From Chloroflexota bacterium (GTDB lineage Bacteria; Chloroflexota; Dehalococcoidia; GIF9; UBA5629), in the NCBI GenBank assembly GCA_016875875.1, contig VGOP01000008.1, forward strand, positions 19,834-83,833: a stretch of 64,000 bases of DNA, read 5' to 3'. Within the stretch, counting starts at the first letter, position 1; each line of letters starts with the position of its first letter. The position numbers and the translations under genes were made by a program. Under the pieces are notes generated by a model, which saw only the letters and a program-made list of their open reading frames with translations, had not been told where the DNA came from and made no database searches. This document shows, in pieces, positions 1 to 10,062 of this stretch.

Positions 1-111
1 CTCCGCTAGCCACTCCCACCCGGCAACTATAAGCTTGGGGATAAAATCCGAAAATAACCAGCGATTGCAGTCAGGTTATTGGTACCATTTGGCTAATCTT
101 TAAGATTAACT

Positions 112-1047
112 CTATTTTGCCTTTACCAGTTTAGAATATGCCGAAGTGCACCAATGGAGATACTTTGGATTCTTGCCCTTTATTACGTCGAAATATAGGC
201 GCTGTAATTCCTTGGTCACCTTTCCTATTTTCCCATCTCCCACCGGGCGATGGTCAATTTCAATGACCGGGCTGACATGAGCAGCAGTGCCGGTAAAAAA
301 CACCTCATCTGCGGTATAAAGCTCGGTGCGATCTACTGACCTTTCCACAGTTTCTATGCCCAGCTCATTTCGAGCTAGCTGGATTACCGTATCTCTAGTA
401 ACGCCCAATAGGATATTATCGGAGCTTGGTGGTGTTAGCAGCTTATCACCCAGGACAAGGAAGATGTTCTCACCGCTGCCTTCGGAAACATGACCATCGT
501 GGTTAAGCAAAATGGCTTCATCGAAGCCTCGCTCGTTAGCTTCGGTTTTAGCCAGAGCGCTGTTCACGTAGATGCCGGTAATCTTGCCCCTGGCTGGAAT
601 CATGGTATCATCAACACGCCGCCACGAAGAGGTACAGCAGCGAACTCCCTCATCAGCATTGAGATAAGCGGGCAAAGTAGCCACTATGATGAGGAAATCA
701 TCTTCTAAGTCGTGTAATTTGACTCCGATAGCTTCTGAGCTTTTGTAAGCCAAGGGGCGGATATAAACGTCTTCACGGTAGCCGCTCTTTTCCACCAGCT
801 TCACGGTTAATTGGCACATTTCGTCAGCCGAATAAGGAAGGTTTATCTTCAAAATACGACAGCCTTTAAGCATGCGCTCATAATGGTCTTTAACACGAAA
901 CAAAAACAGTTGCTCCTGCTCATCATTCCAGTTGCCGCGAATTCCCTCAAAACAAGCGGTACCATAATGCAGAGCATGGGTTAGAACACCAATTTTGGCT
1001 TCAGCAAGCGGCATAAATTGCTTTCGGAAAAAAGCGTATGGAGGCAT
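112..1047 (-). CDS. ilvE: Branched-chain amino acid aminotransferase (class IV)
   Basis: ALHYG-FEGIR, PLP Lys in ARGKITGIY, EGSGENIF, L-GVTR and FTGTAA motifs; GGAGGG SD. Confidence 0.93.
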   Translation of the reverse strand: MPPYAFFRKQFMPLAEAKIGVLTHALHYGTACFEGIRGNWNDEQEQLFLFRVKDHYERMLKGCRILKINLPYSADEMCQLTVKLVEKSGYREDVYIRPLAYKSSEAIGVKLHDLEDDFLIIVATLPAYLNADEGVRCCTSSWRRVDDTMIPARGKITGIYVNSALAKTEANERGFDEAILLNHDGHVSEGSGENIFLVLGDKLLTPPSSDNILLGVTRDTVIQLARNELGIETVERSVDRTELYTADEVFFTGTAAHVSPVIEIDHRPVGDGKIGKVTKELQRLYFDVIKGKNPKYLHWCTSAYSKLVKAK

Positions 1048-1125
1048 CTCTCCCTCCTTTTTCTCTAAATTTCAATACGGGAAAGTCGGGCTCAATTATA
1101 ACCTTGACTGCTGACAAAGACAAGC

Positions 1126-2352
1126 TTAACGGGAAAGCGAAGGGGTCTCTAATATGTAATCACCTTCACGCCTATCGAATATATCTTTAAGCGGCAAGGT
1201 GCGTCCAGTTTGAATTGCGGTAAAGCCGTATTTGTTGCGGATACGGTCAATAGCCTTATCTAAATGAGTCAGCCGCTGCGGCCTGGAATCAAGCAAATGA
1301 AGTTGCTTGCCATAACCGACTAAGTTTGATACTCCAACACCAACAAGTCGCACCAGTTTCCGCTTTCTAGCCAAAGCTTGCTCAAGTAACTTAACTAATC
1401 CAGCAAAGACGACTTCATCAGCATCTGTAGCTTCTTTCGAACTAATGCGGCGGGTGATGGTTTCAAAATCGGCATACCTCAATTTTAAGGTTATAGTTCT
1501 TGCCTGCTTGCCCTCTTGACGCAGTTCAGCGCCGACTCGCTCACAGAGATAACGCAGGACGGCCTTAAGAAAGGCGTGATCCAATGTGTCTTCAGCAAGA
1601 GTAGTTTCTCGGCTAATAGATTTAGCCTCGCCGGGTGGTTCCACCTCGCGGTTATCTATGCCATTGGCATATTGATGAATCATTACTCCAGCAACACCCA
1701 AACTACTCCTGCTTGCTTCAAGTGGCAAAGCTGCCAATTGACCAATAGTCTTTATTCCCATCGCCTTCAACACCTGCTCTGTTTTTTTGCCAACGCCGGG
1801 TAAACTGGCCACAGGCAATGGTGCTAAGAATTCCTTTTCTTGGCCAGTACCCACTTCAACCAAGCCATCCGGCTTACCCGAGTCAGAAGCAATTTTAGCC
1901 ACCACTTTACAACTAGCCACACCCACCGAAGCAATCAGCTTAAGCTCTTTCCTGACACGCTCCTTTATGCGCAATGCCAGTTGATGTGGAGTGCCATAAG
2001 CTTCACAGCCAGTAATATCAAGATAAGCCTCGTCCAGTCCTGCTGGTTCCAAGCAAGGGGAAAAATCAGCCAGAATCGTCATAAATCTTTCCGACGCATC
2101 GCGATAGGTGGGAAAACTACCCTGAAGAAAAATGGCCTGAGGGCAGAGACGATAAGCCTGGGCCAGAGGCATACCAGCCCGAATGTCGAAAACACGGGCT
2201 TCATAAGAAGCTGAGGCTACCACACCACGGCGGTCAGGCCGCCCACCAACTACTACCGGCTTACCGCGCAAGCTCGGAGCCAGCACTTGCTCTACAGACA
2301 CAAAAAAGGCATCCAGGTCAATATGTAAAATGCAGCGATTCACGTTCAACAC
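1126..2352 (-). CDS. dinB: DNA polymerase IV (Y family)
   Basis: HIDLDAFF, ASYEAR, GLDEAYLD, KIASD-KPDG motifs and little-finger domain. Confidence 0.95.
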   Translation of the reverse strand: MLNVNRCILHIDLDAFFVSVEQVLAPSLRGKPVVVGGRPDRRGVVASASYEARVFDIRAGMPLAQAYRLCPQAIFLQGSFPTYRDASERFMTILADFSPCLEPAGLDEAYLDITGCEAYGTPHQLALRIKERVRKELKLIASVGVASCKVVAKIASDSGKPDGLVEVGTGQEKEFLAPLPVASLPGVGKKTEQVLKAMGIKTIGQLAALPLEASRSSLGVAGVMIHQYANGIDNREVEPPGEAKSISRETTLAEDTLDHAFLKAVLRYLCERVGAELRQEGKQARTITLKLRYADFETITRRISSKEATDADEVVFAGLVKLLEQALARKRKLVRLVGVGVSNLVGYGKQLHLLDSRPQRLTHLDKAIDRIRNKYGFTAIQTGRTLPLKDIFDRREGDYILETPSLSR

Positions 2353-2406
2353 CGATTATAGACTAGAGGCGGAAAGCTGACAAGGAAAACCTCAATATGA
2401 AAAATT

Positions 2407-2431
2407 AGTGCGAGGCTGAAGCCTCGCACTA
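2407..2431. repeat. REP-like palindrome TAGTGCGAGGCT-GA-AGCCTCGCACTA; may also terminate the MarR gene
   Basis: Perfect inverted repeat; GGCT(G/A)AAGCC core shared with repeats near 14250 and 34950. Confidence 0.65.
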
Positions 2432-2457
2432 AAAAGCTAAACTAAGTTTTTCGGGTC

Positions 2458-2940
2458 TCACACAAACTTCGGGGGTGGTAGCTTCTTCGGGTCAATCCCA
2501 AGTTCTTTAAGCCCTTTATTCCTCAACGTTTCCAAGAGGGACTTTAGTTTTTGGCGCTCGGCTTCAGAAAGAGCAGACATTATCTTCTGCACGGACTTCC
2601 TTTTCAGCGCCTGTTTATAAGCTTGCTGTCCTTTCTCAGTCAGGGTAATTCTTACCAAATTCTTTCTGTCCAAGTCTTTGGTTTTCTTCACCAGCCCGGC
2701 CTTTTTCATCCTGTCTATAATTCCAGAAACCGAGTGAGGCCGTCGGAACATCATCCGTGATATCTGGGCCGGCGTCACCTTATCACCGATAGCCTTAATG
2801 ACAAACAGCACCTCAGCCTGTGTGGCTGGAAAGCCATGTTGTTGCAATTCCACTTCCCTGGCATTAAATATTATGTCGCTCACCTGATGCAGCAGCACCC
2901 ACAAATTGTAGTCCCGGTCCATTTCTGAAGCTTCTGGCAT
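2458..2940 (-). CDS. MarR-family transcriptional regulator
   Basis: Winged HTH with D-DRK..VRITLTEKG wing; GGAGG SD. Confidence 0.9.
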   Translation of the reverse strand: MPEASEMDRDYNLWVLLHQVSDIIFNAREVELQQHGFPATQAEVLFVIKAIGDKVTPAQISRMMFRRPHSVSGIIDRMKKAGLVKKTKDLDRKNLVRITLTEKGQQAYKQALKRKSVQKIMSALSEAERQKLKSLLETLRNKGLKELGIDPKKLPPPKFV

Positions 2941-3036
2941 GATTTCCTCCCTCCTGAAACTAAAAACTCCCTAATTAGCCGATAGGGTTAAACATCGCAC
3001 TCGGCAAATTAGTTCACCAAGGATAAAAAATTTACC

Positions 3037-3055
3037 TGATAGATTGATTCTATCA
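3037..3055. promoter_or_regulatory. Probable MarR autoregulatory operator TGATAGA-N5-TCTATCA
   Basis: Perfect 7-bp inverted repeat overlapping a minus-strand TAGAAT -10 upstream of the MarR gene. Confidence 0.55.
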
Positions 3056-3084
3056 CAACAATCTGCAAAAAACAAAGGCAATCT

Positions 3085-3303
3085 TTAGATAGCGCTGTCA
3101 GTTTTAGCTTTAGCTGGCGACTGGCTTCTCGAGACCAAGGCCTTCATTCGGCGCTCGAAGATTCCCCGCTCCAGAAGAACCTGCCCCTGACACTTAAAGC
3201 ACTTTAGCCGGATATCAGCACCGACCCTCACCACCTGCCATTCATCACCCCCACAAGGGTGCTTTTTCCGTAAGCGGACTACATCGCCCAGCTCTATTTC
3301 CAT
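3085..3303 (-). CDS. DUF951-family protein
   Basis: LGDVVRLRKKHPCG..W.V.RVGADIRLKC..C signature. Confidence 0.88.
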   Translation of the reverse strand: MEIELGDVVRLRKKHPCGGDEWQVVRVGADIRLKCFKCQGQVLLERGIFERRMKALVSRSQSPAKAKTDSAI

Positions 3304-3307
3304 TCTC

Positions 3308-4114
3308 TTATCGGATAATCTGGCTAACTAACTTATTGATACTATCGCGTAGTTCTTGTGCACTATGTCGGGCAGCTTGAGCAAAGTCTTTTCCTTGAGA
3401 AGCGTAAAGAATTTGCCGCGAGACAGCGATAATCGCTTTTTCGCCATGGGCGTCAATACCATATTTCACCGTTGAAGCCAAATCACCACCCTGTGCCCCA
3501 ATGCCCGGGATGAGAAGTGGCATCTCTGGACACAATTGCCGAATAGATTTCAACTCATCAGGATAAGTAGCCCCGACCACCAAGCCGATATTGCTCTGGA
3601 CATTCCACTCCTTGGCTTTACGGGCTACCGCTTCATATAGCGGCATGCCTTGAATGCCAACTAGATTTTGGAAATCCACTGCCCCGGGGTTAGACGTCCG
3701 GCACAGGATAAAAACCCCTTTATCTTTATACTCGATAAACGGCTCAACTGAATCGAAACCGAGGTAAGGGCTGACCGTAGCTGCATCGAAGCCAAATATT
3801 TCAAAAAGGGCTTTAGCGTAGGCTTTAGCCGTGTTGCCGATATCACCTCGCTTGCCATCGCCGATTATCGGGATATGGTCAGGTATGTGTTCGATTGTCT
3901 TCTGTAGAACTTTAAGCCCGTCAATACCCAGAGCTTCATAGAAAGCTAGGTTGGGCTTATAAGCACATATCAAGTCGGCGGTGGCATCGACGATAGCCTT
4001 ATTAAACTCCAGAAGGCTCACTTTGGGCATCAGCCCTGGGTCGGGGTCAAGCCCAACACAAAGCAGGCTCTTGTTTTGACGGCTAGCCGCCAGAAGTTTA
4101 TCAACAAATTTCAT
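3308..4114 (-). CDS. pyrF: Orotidine-5'-phosphate decarboxylase
   Basis: CVGLDP, KPNLAFY, DGKRGDIGNT, PGIGAQGG motifs. Confidence 0.95.
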   Translation of the reverse strand: MKFVDKLLAASRQNKSLLCVGLDPDPGLMPKVSLLEFNKAIVDATADLICAYKPNLAFYEALGIDGLKVLQKTIEHIPDHIPIIGDGKRGDIGNTAKAYAKALFEIFGFDAATVSPYLGFDSVEPFIEYKDKGVFILCRTSNPGAVDFQNLVGIQGMPLYEAVARKAKEWNVQSNIGLVVGATYPDELKSIRQLCPEMPLLIPGIGAQGGDLASTVKYGIDAHGEKAIIAVSRQILYASQGKDFAQAARHSAQELRDSINKLVSQIIR

Positions 4115-4223
4115 GTCTAACCCGAATTATAGCTTATGAAGGTAAATACTCCAAGTCACGTCACTTTATTTCCGGCGAGGTAGACCGAGACTTCAGCTTC
4201 TAGTAACAAAACGATGTTGTTAA

Positions 4224-4598
4224 CTAGATCAGGAAAAGGTAAATTGTGCAGGCGGCTTGAACAAGCGAGACGAACAGGGTTGCTGTAAGCAGAAACAGAG
4301 ATACTGGCACTTTGAATTCATTTCTGCCCTTCTTGATGAACATGATATGAATTGTGAAGGCAAAAATTCCACCGAGGCTTAGAATGAGTGACAGTGTCAG
4401 GCCGGCGAAGGAGCGCTGGAATACCAGTACCAATCCCCACAGGATGAGAAAGACGAGCGGCAAATGGAGTAACACAAATCCTGCGCTGCCTCCGGGGAGC
4501 TTGAACAGTTCCCATTCTTTCCAGTATGCCGAGTCTATCTCGTGGGTTATTAGCAGCGCTGCATTGACCAGGTAGAGCCAGAACAGAAACTCAAACAT
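4224..4598 (-). CDS. Small four-TM membrane protein (HEIDSAYW-EW motif, DUF6713-like)
   Basis: Four hydrophobic segments with conserved-looking His residues. Confidence 0.7.
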   Translation of the reverse strand: MFEFLFWLYLVNAALLITHEIDSAYWKEWELFKLPGGSAGFVLLHLPLVFLILWGLVLVFQRSFAGLTLSLILSLGGIFAFTIHIMFIKKGRNEFKVPVSLFLLTATLFVSLVQAACTIYLFLI

Positions 4599-4776
4599 GG
4601 TGCTATGATACTGACTTTATTCGATTAACGCAATGCGTCTCCTGTTTTTCGTAGGAGCCATCTGCCTCCCAGATATCCCCATTTATTTGAAGGTTCCGTC
4701 ACTGCCAAAATAACATAACAATGTGGCTTTCTGTTCAGCTTCAGTGCTACAAGAGGTGATTTCTAGTGAAGCAGCC

Positions 4777-5211
4777 CTAATCTTCCGACATCGCGAGGAC
4801 TGAAATCGCGAGCACAATGACCCAACAAGCCACGGATAAAGTACCAATGCGACGCATTGTAGCGTAAGTCTTGTCAAACTCAGCGGTTCCCACCTGTTGG
4901 AAATAGCGTGGGAAATAACGAAAATGGATGAATAGAGCATCCACAAGGAGTATTGCAACCAAGAGATGCTTCACTCCAAATATGATGGTGTACCCGTATT
5001 CATAATCTAGGGTCAACATCACTCCGCTGAGAATCAGAAGGATAAACCCGCACCAGGTTATGGGCGCAATGCGACGAGCGATGCGCCCGCGGTGCAGTCG
5101 CTGCTCATCTGTCCTTAGACGCAGCATAACCACAGCTGAAACAACTGTTCCACTTAAACCAAGGATAGTGCCAATGTTATGTAGAAGACTCGCGATTTCC
5201 ATTTCAAGCAT
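4777..5211 (-). CDS. Hypothetical four-TM membrane protein
   Basis: Four hydrophobic helices; TATAAT just upstream. Confidence 0.65.
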   Translation of the reverse strand: MLEMEIASLLHNIGTILGLSGTVVSAVVMLRLRTDEQRLHRGRIARRIAPITWCGFILLILSGVMLTLDYEYGYTIIFGVKHLLVAILLVDALFIHFRYFPRYFQQVGTAEFDKTYATMRRIGTLSVACWVIVLAISVLAMSED

Positions 5212-5435
5212 ACATTATAGATACTACATAATCTGGTGTAAAGCTCAGCATTAACAGCAGACTGTGATAGATAATACTCTTATTTTGGCAACCGCTGCTC
5301 TGGGCAAACCGCTTTTATTATTGGTCTTTTCCCTTGGCTAGTTTAACATTGTGACGGATTGTGTAGTTAGCAATGAGAGAAACAAGCATAACCTTGTGCC
5401 CTAAAACACTCCCCAGTGATATAATGAGACTTCAG

Positions 5436-6770
5436 ATGGACTATCGCCAGGCCGAAGACTATATCTTAAGTTTTACTGACTACGAGAAAATCCCGGGCAT
5501 CGCCTACACATCGGCTAACTACGACCTGCGGCGGATGGAAAAGTTGCTGCAGCCGCTGGGCAACCCACACCTCGGAACCAAGACAGTTCACATAGCCGGC
5601 ACCAAGGGGAAGGGAAGCACCGCAGCCATGGTTTCCCAAGCTCTCATCACTGCTGGCTACAAAACAGGATTATTCACCTCACCACATCTCCATACCTTAA
5701 GAGAGCGCATCAGGATTAACGACACTATGATTTCCGAGGCCGATTTCGCGGCTTTGGTGACAAGACTCAAACCAATCGTTGAAAAGGTAAACAAGGAAGC
5801 TGCCTATGGTGAGCTGACCACCTTCGAGATATTGACCGCCGTCGTCTTTGCTTACTTCAAGAACAGCCAGGTGGACTTCCAAGTTCTTGAGGTGGGATTG
5901 GGAGGCAGGCTTGATGCCACGAACATAGCCAAAGTCGATGTCTGCGTTATTACCTCGATTAGCCTTGACCATACCGAGATTCTGGGTGACACTATTGCCA
6001 AGATAGCCACCGAAAAGGCAGGTATAATCAAGCCGGGATGCATTGTGGTCAGTTCTCCACAAGTTGACGAAGCAGCTAAAGTAATTAGGCAGGTCTGCCG
6101 GCAGCAAGGTGCAAGATTAATTCAAGTCGGCAAAGACATCGCCTGGCACAAAACAGGCGGTGACCTATATCAGCAAACACTGACAGTTCAAGGCAAAACC
6201 GGCAATTATGACCTGACCATCCCACTGCTTGGTGACCACCAGTTGGAGAACGCAGCTACAGCCATAGCCGCCTTAGAAGCTTTAGTGTGCCTCGGCGCCA
6301 AGATTTCAGCCCAAAGTATTGTCCAAGGATTCACTAAAGTAAGCTGGCCGGGCAGGCTTCAGATTCTGGGCCGCGAGCCGATGGTGGTCATTGATGGAGC
6401 TCATAATGCCTATTCGATGAGGAAGTTAGTAGAAGCTATAAAGAAGTACTTTCAATGTGATAGGTGCTTTGTTATCTTCGGCACCTCGTGCGATAAAGAT
6501 ATTCCCGGGATGGCACGAGAGCTTAAATCTCTTGCCGACAATGTTATCATTACCATTTCCTCTCATCCCAGGGCAGCTTCTACCTCGATATTGGTCGAGG
6601 AATTTGCCAAGCTGGGCATTAAGGTGGATGTGAGTGAAAATATCTCTAGTGCATTATCTAAGGCTCTGACCTTAGCCAAAAAGACAAACCTCATCCTGGT
6701 TACAGGTTCCCTCTTCGTTGTAGCCGAGGCAATTGATTGCATCACTAGGGCGGCAGATGTCAACCGGTGA
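5436..6770 (+). CDS. folC: Folylpolyglutamate synthase / dihydrofolate synthase
   Basis: HIAGTKGKGST, TSPHL, EVGLGGRLDATN, DGAHN motifs; start placed at MDYRQAE. Confidence 0.95.
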   Translation: MDYRQAEDYILSFTDYEKIPGIAYTSANYDLRRMEKLLQPLGNPHLGTKTVHIAGTKGKGSTAAMVSQALITAGYKTGLFTSPHLHTLRERIRINDTMISEADFAALVTRLKPIVEKVNKEAAYGELTTFEILTAVVFAYFKNSQVDFQVLEVGLGGRLDATNIAKVDVCVITSISLDHTEILGDTIAKIATEKAGIIKPGCIVVSSPQVDEAAKVIRQVCRQQGARLIQVGKDIAWHKTGGDLYQQTLTVQGKTGNYDLTIPLLGDHQLENAATAIAALEALVCLGAKISAQSIVQGFTKVSWPGRLQILGREPMVVIDGAHNAYSMRKLVEAIKKYFQCDRCFVIFGTSCDKDIPGMARELKSLADNVIITISSHPRAASTSILVEEFAKLGIKVDVSENISSALSKALTLAKKTNLILVTGSLFVVAEAIDCITRAADVNR

Positions 6771-7026
6771 GGTTAGTAGTAGGAGGAGCAACTGCCTCTT
6801 TAGGTAATACTTCGGCGAAAAGCCGCTGTAATGCCATTGTATGGCTGCAAGTCTCCCATTGCGAAAAGAACGGACAGGTGCAATGCCATTTATCACTTTT
6901 ATAAGTTACAGTATAGTTGTTATGCTCACCGCGAAAATCAGCGGAAAATTCTGAAAGGGTAACACGGTCTGGCTCCTGGGCATAGCGTTTGGCCTTCTCA
7001 ACCTTACCGATAAGACTGGAATGCAT
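6760..7026 (-). CDS. Small SWIM zinc-finger protein
   Basis: CTC-x7-CSH motif; GGAGG SD; TGGACT-17-TATACT promoter. Confidence 0.8.
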   Translation of the reverse strand: MHSSLIGKVEKAKRYAQEPDRVTLSEFSADFRGEHNNYTVTYKSDKWHCTCPFFSQWETCSHTMALQRLFAEVLPKEAVAPPTTNLTG

Positions 7027-7060
7027 GGCAAAACCTCCACGAATAAGTATATTACTTGAC

Positions 7061-7214
7061 CAGGGAAAAGTCCACGACCACGCTTTGCTGGCTCTACATC
7101 ATTCCACGTTCTCATTTTCAGAACACTATCAGCAGAACACGATCCAATGCTTCGTGGTACTGCATCCCGGATAGATGTGAGCGTAGCACAGTGCTGGATT
7201 CCGTAGCCCTTCCC
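7061..7214 (+). ncRNA. Candidate structured RNA (6S-like long hairpin); strand tentative
   Basis: Nested complementary segments AGTCCA/TGGATT, CGCT/AGTG, TGCTG/TAGCA, GCTCTACATC/GATGTGAGC, GCAG/CTGC, CACGA/TCGTG. Confidence 0.4.
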
Positions 7215-7286
7215 ACCCTTGCTGGGAGTATGGTATTATCTGGCAGAGAAACCCACGGATAGACACTGCTGGAGTAGGAAAAAGCA

Positions 7287-8027
7287 ATGAGACGTTACTT
7301 AAATTTCATCATTCTTGCCGTCACCCTTATTGCGCTCTCCGCACTGATATATTTTGTTCACTACTTAATTTTTCACGATGTTCATCACATCTTTATTTAC
7401 CTGGTCGGTGATCTGGCTTTCCTACCACTTGAAGTCTTTCTGGTGGTAATTGTGATTGAGCGTGTGCTGGCTCGCCGTGAGAAGCAAGCCATCATGCAAA
7501 AGCTCAATATGGTGGTGGGGGCTTTTTTCAGCGAGGTGGGAAACGAGTTACTGCAAAGGCTTCTCGGTTGCTTTGAGAAAGGCAATGATATCAGCCGGCA
7601 CCTTGCTGTTAGACCAAACTGGACTCGAGCAGATTTCAAGAAGGCGATGGCATTTGCTAGAGCCATCGATGGTGAGCCAGATTGTAGCGGCATAGACCTC
7701 AACGGGCTAAAAAAGTTACTTGTTCAGAAGCGGCAATTTTTGCTGGCGCTGCTGGAAAACCCTAATCTTCTGGAGCATGAGCGCTTTACAGATTTGCTCT
7801 GGGCGACTTTCCACCTGACCGAGGAGTTGGAGGCGCGGAAATCGCTGGATGACATGCCACAGGCTGACATTAAACATATCGCCGGCGATATTCAGCGGGT
7901 GTATCGTCAGCTAATAGTCGAGTGGCTGTCCTATGTGGAACACCTGAAATCAAAGTATCCGTATCTTTTCTCGCTGGTAGCCAGGACACATCCCTTCCAG
8001 GAGCGCCCGTCGCCGGTAGTGACATAG
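7287..8027 (+). CDS. Hypothetical protein with two N-terminal TM helices
   Basis: 246-aa ORF with SD; LLENPNLLEHE.FTDLLWA.FHL.EEL motif. Confidence 0.75.
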   Translation: MRRYLNFIILAVTLIALSALIYFVHYLIFHDVHHIFIYLVGDLAFLPLEVFLVVIVIERVLARREKQAIMQKLNMVVGAFFSEVGNELLQRLLGCFEKGNDISRHLAVRPNWTRADFKKAMAFARAIDGEPDCSGIDLNGLKKLLVQKRQFLLALLENPNLLEHERFTDLLWATFHLTEELEARKSLDDMPQADIKHIAGDIQRVYRQLIVEWLSYVEHLKSKYPYLFSLVARTHPFQERPSPVVT

Positions 8028-8173
8028 CGCTAATAAGCATTCAGTTCGTCATACGAGTTTATAAGTTTTAGGCAATTATATACTTGACTTTTTGCTGAGG
8101 TCATGGGCATTTTTTGACGCAGGCTTATTGAATTGGGTAGACTTTTTACTATAGTTATGGCAGTGAGGTTTGA

Positions 8174-8356
8174 ATGCCCAAAAGCAGGAAACTATGGCCG
8201 AGCTGGCTAGACAGGACTAAAATCCGCATCAAGAGGATGCTGGGTATGCACATCGTGCTTTGCGATAGCTGTAAGTGGGACTGGCGAAGTGCCTGCCACC
8301 GTCCAGAACGGCCTAATGCCACCTGGTGCCCAGATTACGAGAAACGGGGCACCTAA
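8174..8356 (+). CDS. Small Cys-rich putative metal-binding protein
   Basis: CxxC-x7-C-x10-C; GAGG SD. Confidence 0.6.
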   Translation: MPKSRKLWPSWLDRTKIRIKRMLGMHIVLCDSCKWDWRSACHRPERPNATWCPDYEKRGT

Positions 8357-8379
8357 CTCAACCTCAAAGATAGTTACCG

Positions 8380-8652
8380 CTAGTAGCGGACCATCTTGTA
8401 CTGAGCCTTTCCATGCTCTCGGAATAGAATAAACTTTATGTTCTGCCCCTTTAGCAGATATTCCTCGCTCTGCTGGCGCAGCTTTCTGAAATCGGCTGAT
8501 TCCAAAAAGCTCCGAAGAAGCTCTACTTTGTCTTCAAAGTCACTATCAGTTTTGCCAGCCTGCAAGTAACTGCGCACCAGATTCTCATACTCTTTTCTGG
8601 CTACGGTTTCGATGCAATGAGACAGGTCGGGGATAAGCTCAATCTGGACCAT
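8380..8652 (-). CDS. Hypothetical protein
   Basis: 90-aa ORF with natural composition filling an intergenic gap. Confidence 0.65.
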   Translation of the reverse strand: MVQIELIPDLSHCIETVARKEYENLVRSYLQAGKTDSDFEDKVELLRSFLESADFRKLRQQSEEYLLKGQNIKFILFREHGKAQYKMVRY

Positions 8653-8784
8653 TTCTAAGGGTGATAATACTGCTTAAGATATGGAAATGCAAAATAGGCA
8701 ACGGCTACCAATTCTTTGACACTGCCAAAGCCCGATGTTATGATGATATTGAATTACCCGGCCAGACATGTGGTTGGGTTGCAT

Positions 8785-10062
8785 ATGGAAGACATTAACA
8801 GTCTATATTTAATATTGTTTCTGATCTCCCTATTAGCGGCAGCCTTCTTCTGCAGTGCTGAGACGGCTTTTATTGGCATGCAGAGACTTCGCCTCAAGCA
8901 CTTGATACATACCAATCACCCCAATGCTAAGGTCGTGGCCAAGATTTTGGAGCGGCCGGAGAAGTTCCTGGCTACTGTTCTTCTGGGCATCAATTTCTTT
9001 GAGACGGCGGTGGCTACTCTGGGTACGGTGATGGCTATATCACTGTGGGGTGAGAACTTAGGAGCAGCTATAGCCACTATTGTCATCACAATATTGACCT
9101 TAGTTCTTGTTGAATTTATTCCCAAAAGCTTTAGCGCTCGCTACGGGGAACGAATAGCTCTGCTCTATGCCAGGCCAATAGAATTCATCTCGATTGTCCT
9201 TTATCCATTCGTCTATGTCCTGAACCATATCGGCATAAGATTCACCAAGGTAGCTAAGGAAGGGGGTGCGCCGAGGCCGACGATTAGCGAGGAGGAATTC
9301 CGCACCGCAATTACCGTTGGCGAGGCCGAAGGGGTTTGGGAAGAAGATGAAGCCGAGATGTTGCATAATGCCTTTGAATTCGCCGATAGACCGGTCAGTG
9401 AGGTAATGCAGCCCCGGACAGATGTTACCTGGCTGAAACAGGGAACGAGCCTAACCGCATTTCTTGATATCTATCGCCAATATCCCTTCTCTCGTTTCCC
9501 TGTTTACAAAGGGACTACTGATAATGTGGTGGGCGTTTTATCGATTAAAGATGTGCTGATGGCTCAGGCCAATAACTCGCTAAAGGCGGATAGTCCGATT
9601 GATGAATTGGTTCGACCGGTGCATTTTGTACCCGAGACCAAGCGCCTGGGTGAACTTCTGGCTGAGATGCGGGATAACAACTACCACATGGTAGCAGTTG
9701 TTGACGAGTATGGTGGCGTGGCTGGTATAGCAGCACTGGAGCACTTGACTGCGGAGATAATGGGTGTTATCGGTGACGAGCTGGCAGACAAGGAGAAAGA
9801 CTTTGTAACTATTGATGCCCACACTTTCGAGGTTGATGCCGGCCTCAGGGTGGAGGAAGTCAATGAAGAATTGGATTTAAGCTTGCCTACTGGTGACTAT
9901 GAGACTGTAGCCGGCTTTATTCTGAGCCATCTGGGACGCATTCCAAAACAGGGTGAGCACTTGAGGTATAAAGACCTAAAACTGACTATACTTGAAATGC
10001 GGGGGCGGAAGATAGAGAGGATTCATGTGACCAAGGAAAAGGATGCAGCGCCTGCGCCTTAA
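8785..10062 (+). CDS. CNNM/HlyC-CorC family Mg/Co transporter (DUF21-CBS-CorC)
   Basis: N-terminal TM domain with AETA motif, CBS pair (SRFPVY, VVDEYGG), CorC C-terminus. Confidence 0.9.
   Translation: MEDINSLYLILFLISLLAAAFFCSAETAFIGMQRLRLKHLIHTNHPNAKVVAKILERPEKFLATVLLGINFFETAVATLGTVMAISLWGENLGAAIATIVITILTLVLVEFIPKSFSARYGERIALLYARPIEFISIVLYPFVYVLNHIGIRFTKVAKEGGAPRPTISEEEFRTAITVGEAEGVWEEDEAEMLHNAFEFADRPVSEVMQPRTDVTWLKQGTSLTAFLDIYRQYPFSRFPVYKGTTDNVVGVLSIKDVLMAQANNSLKADSPIDELVRPVHFVPETKRLGELLAEMRDNNYHMVAVVDEYGGVAGIAALEHLTAEIMGVIGDELADKEKDFVTIDAHTFEVDAGLRVEEVNEELDLSLPTGDYETVAGFILSHLGRIPKQGEHLRYKDLKLTILEMRGRKIERIHVTKEKDAAPAP

Noticed and set aside
6906..7262. Several 61-69 aa ORFs in the intergenic region
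   Set aside because: No SD or motifs, and the region is better explained as promoters plus a structured RNA.
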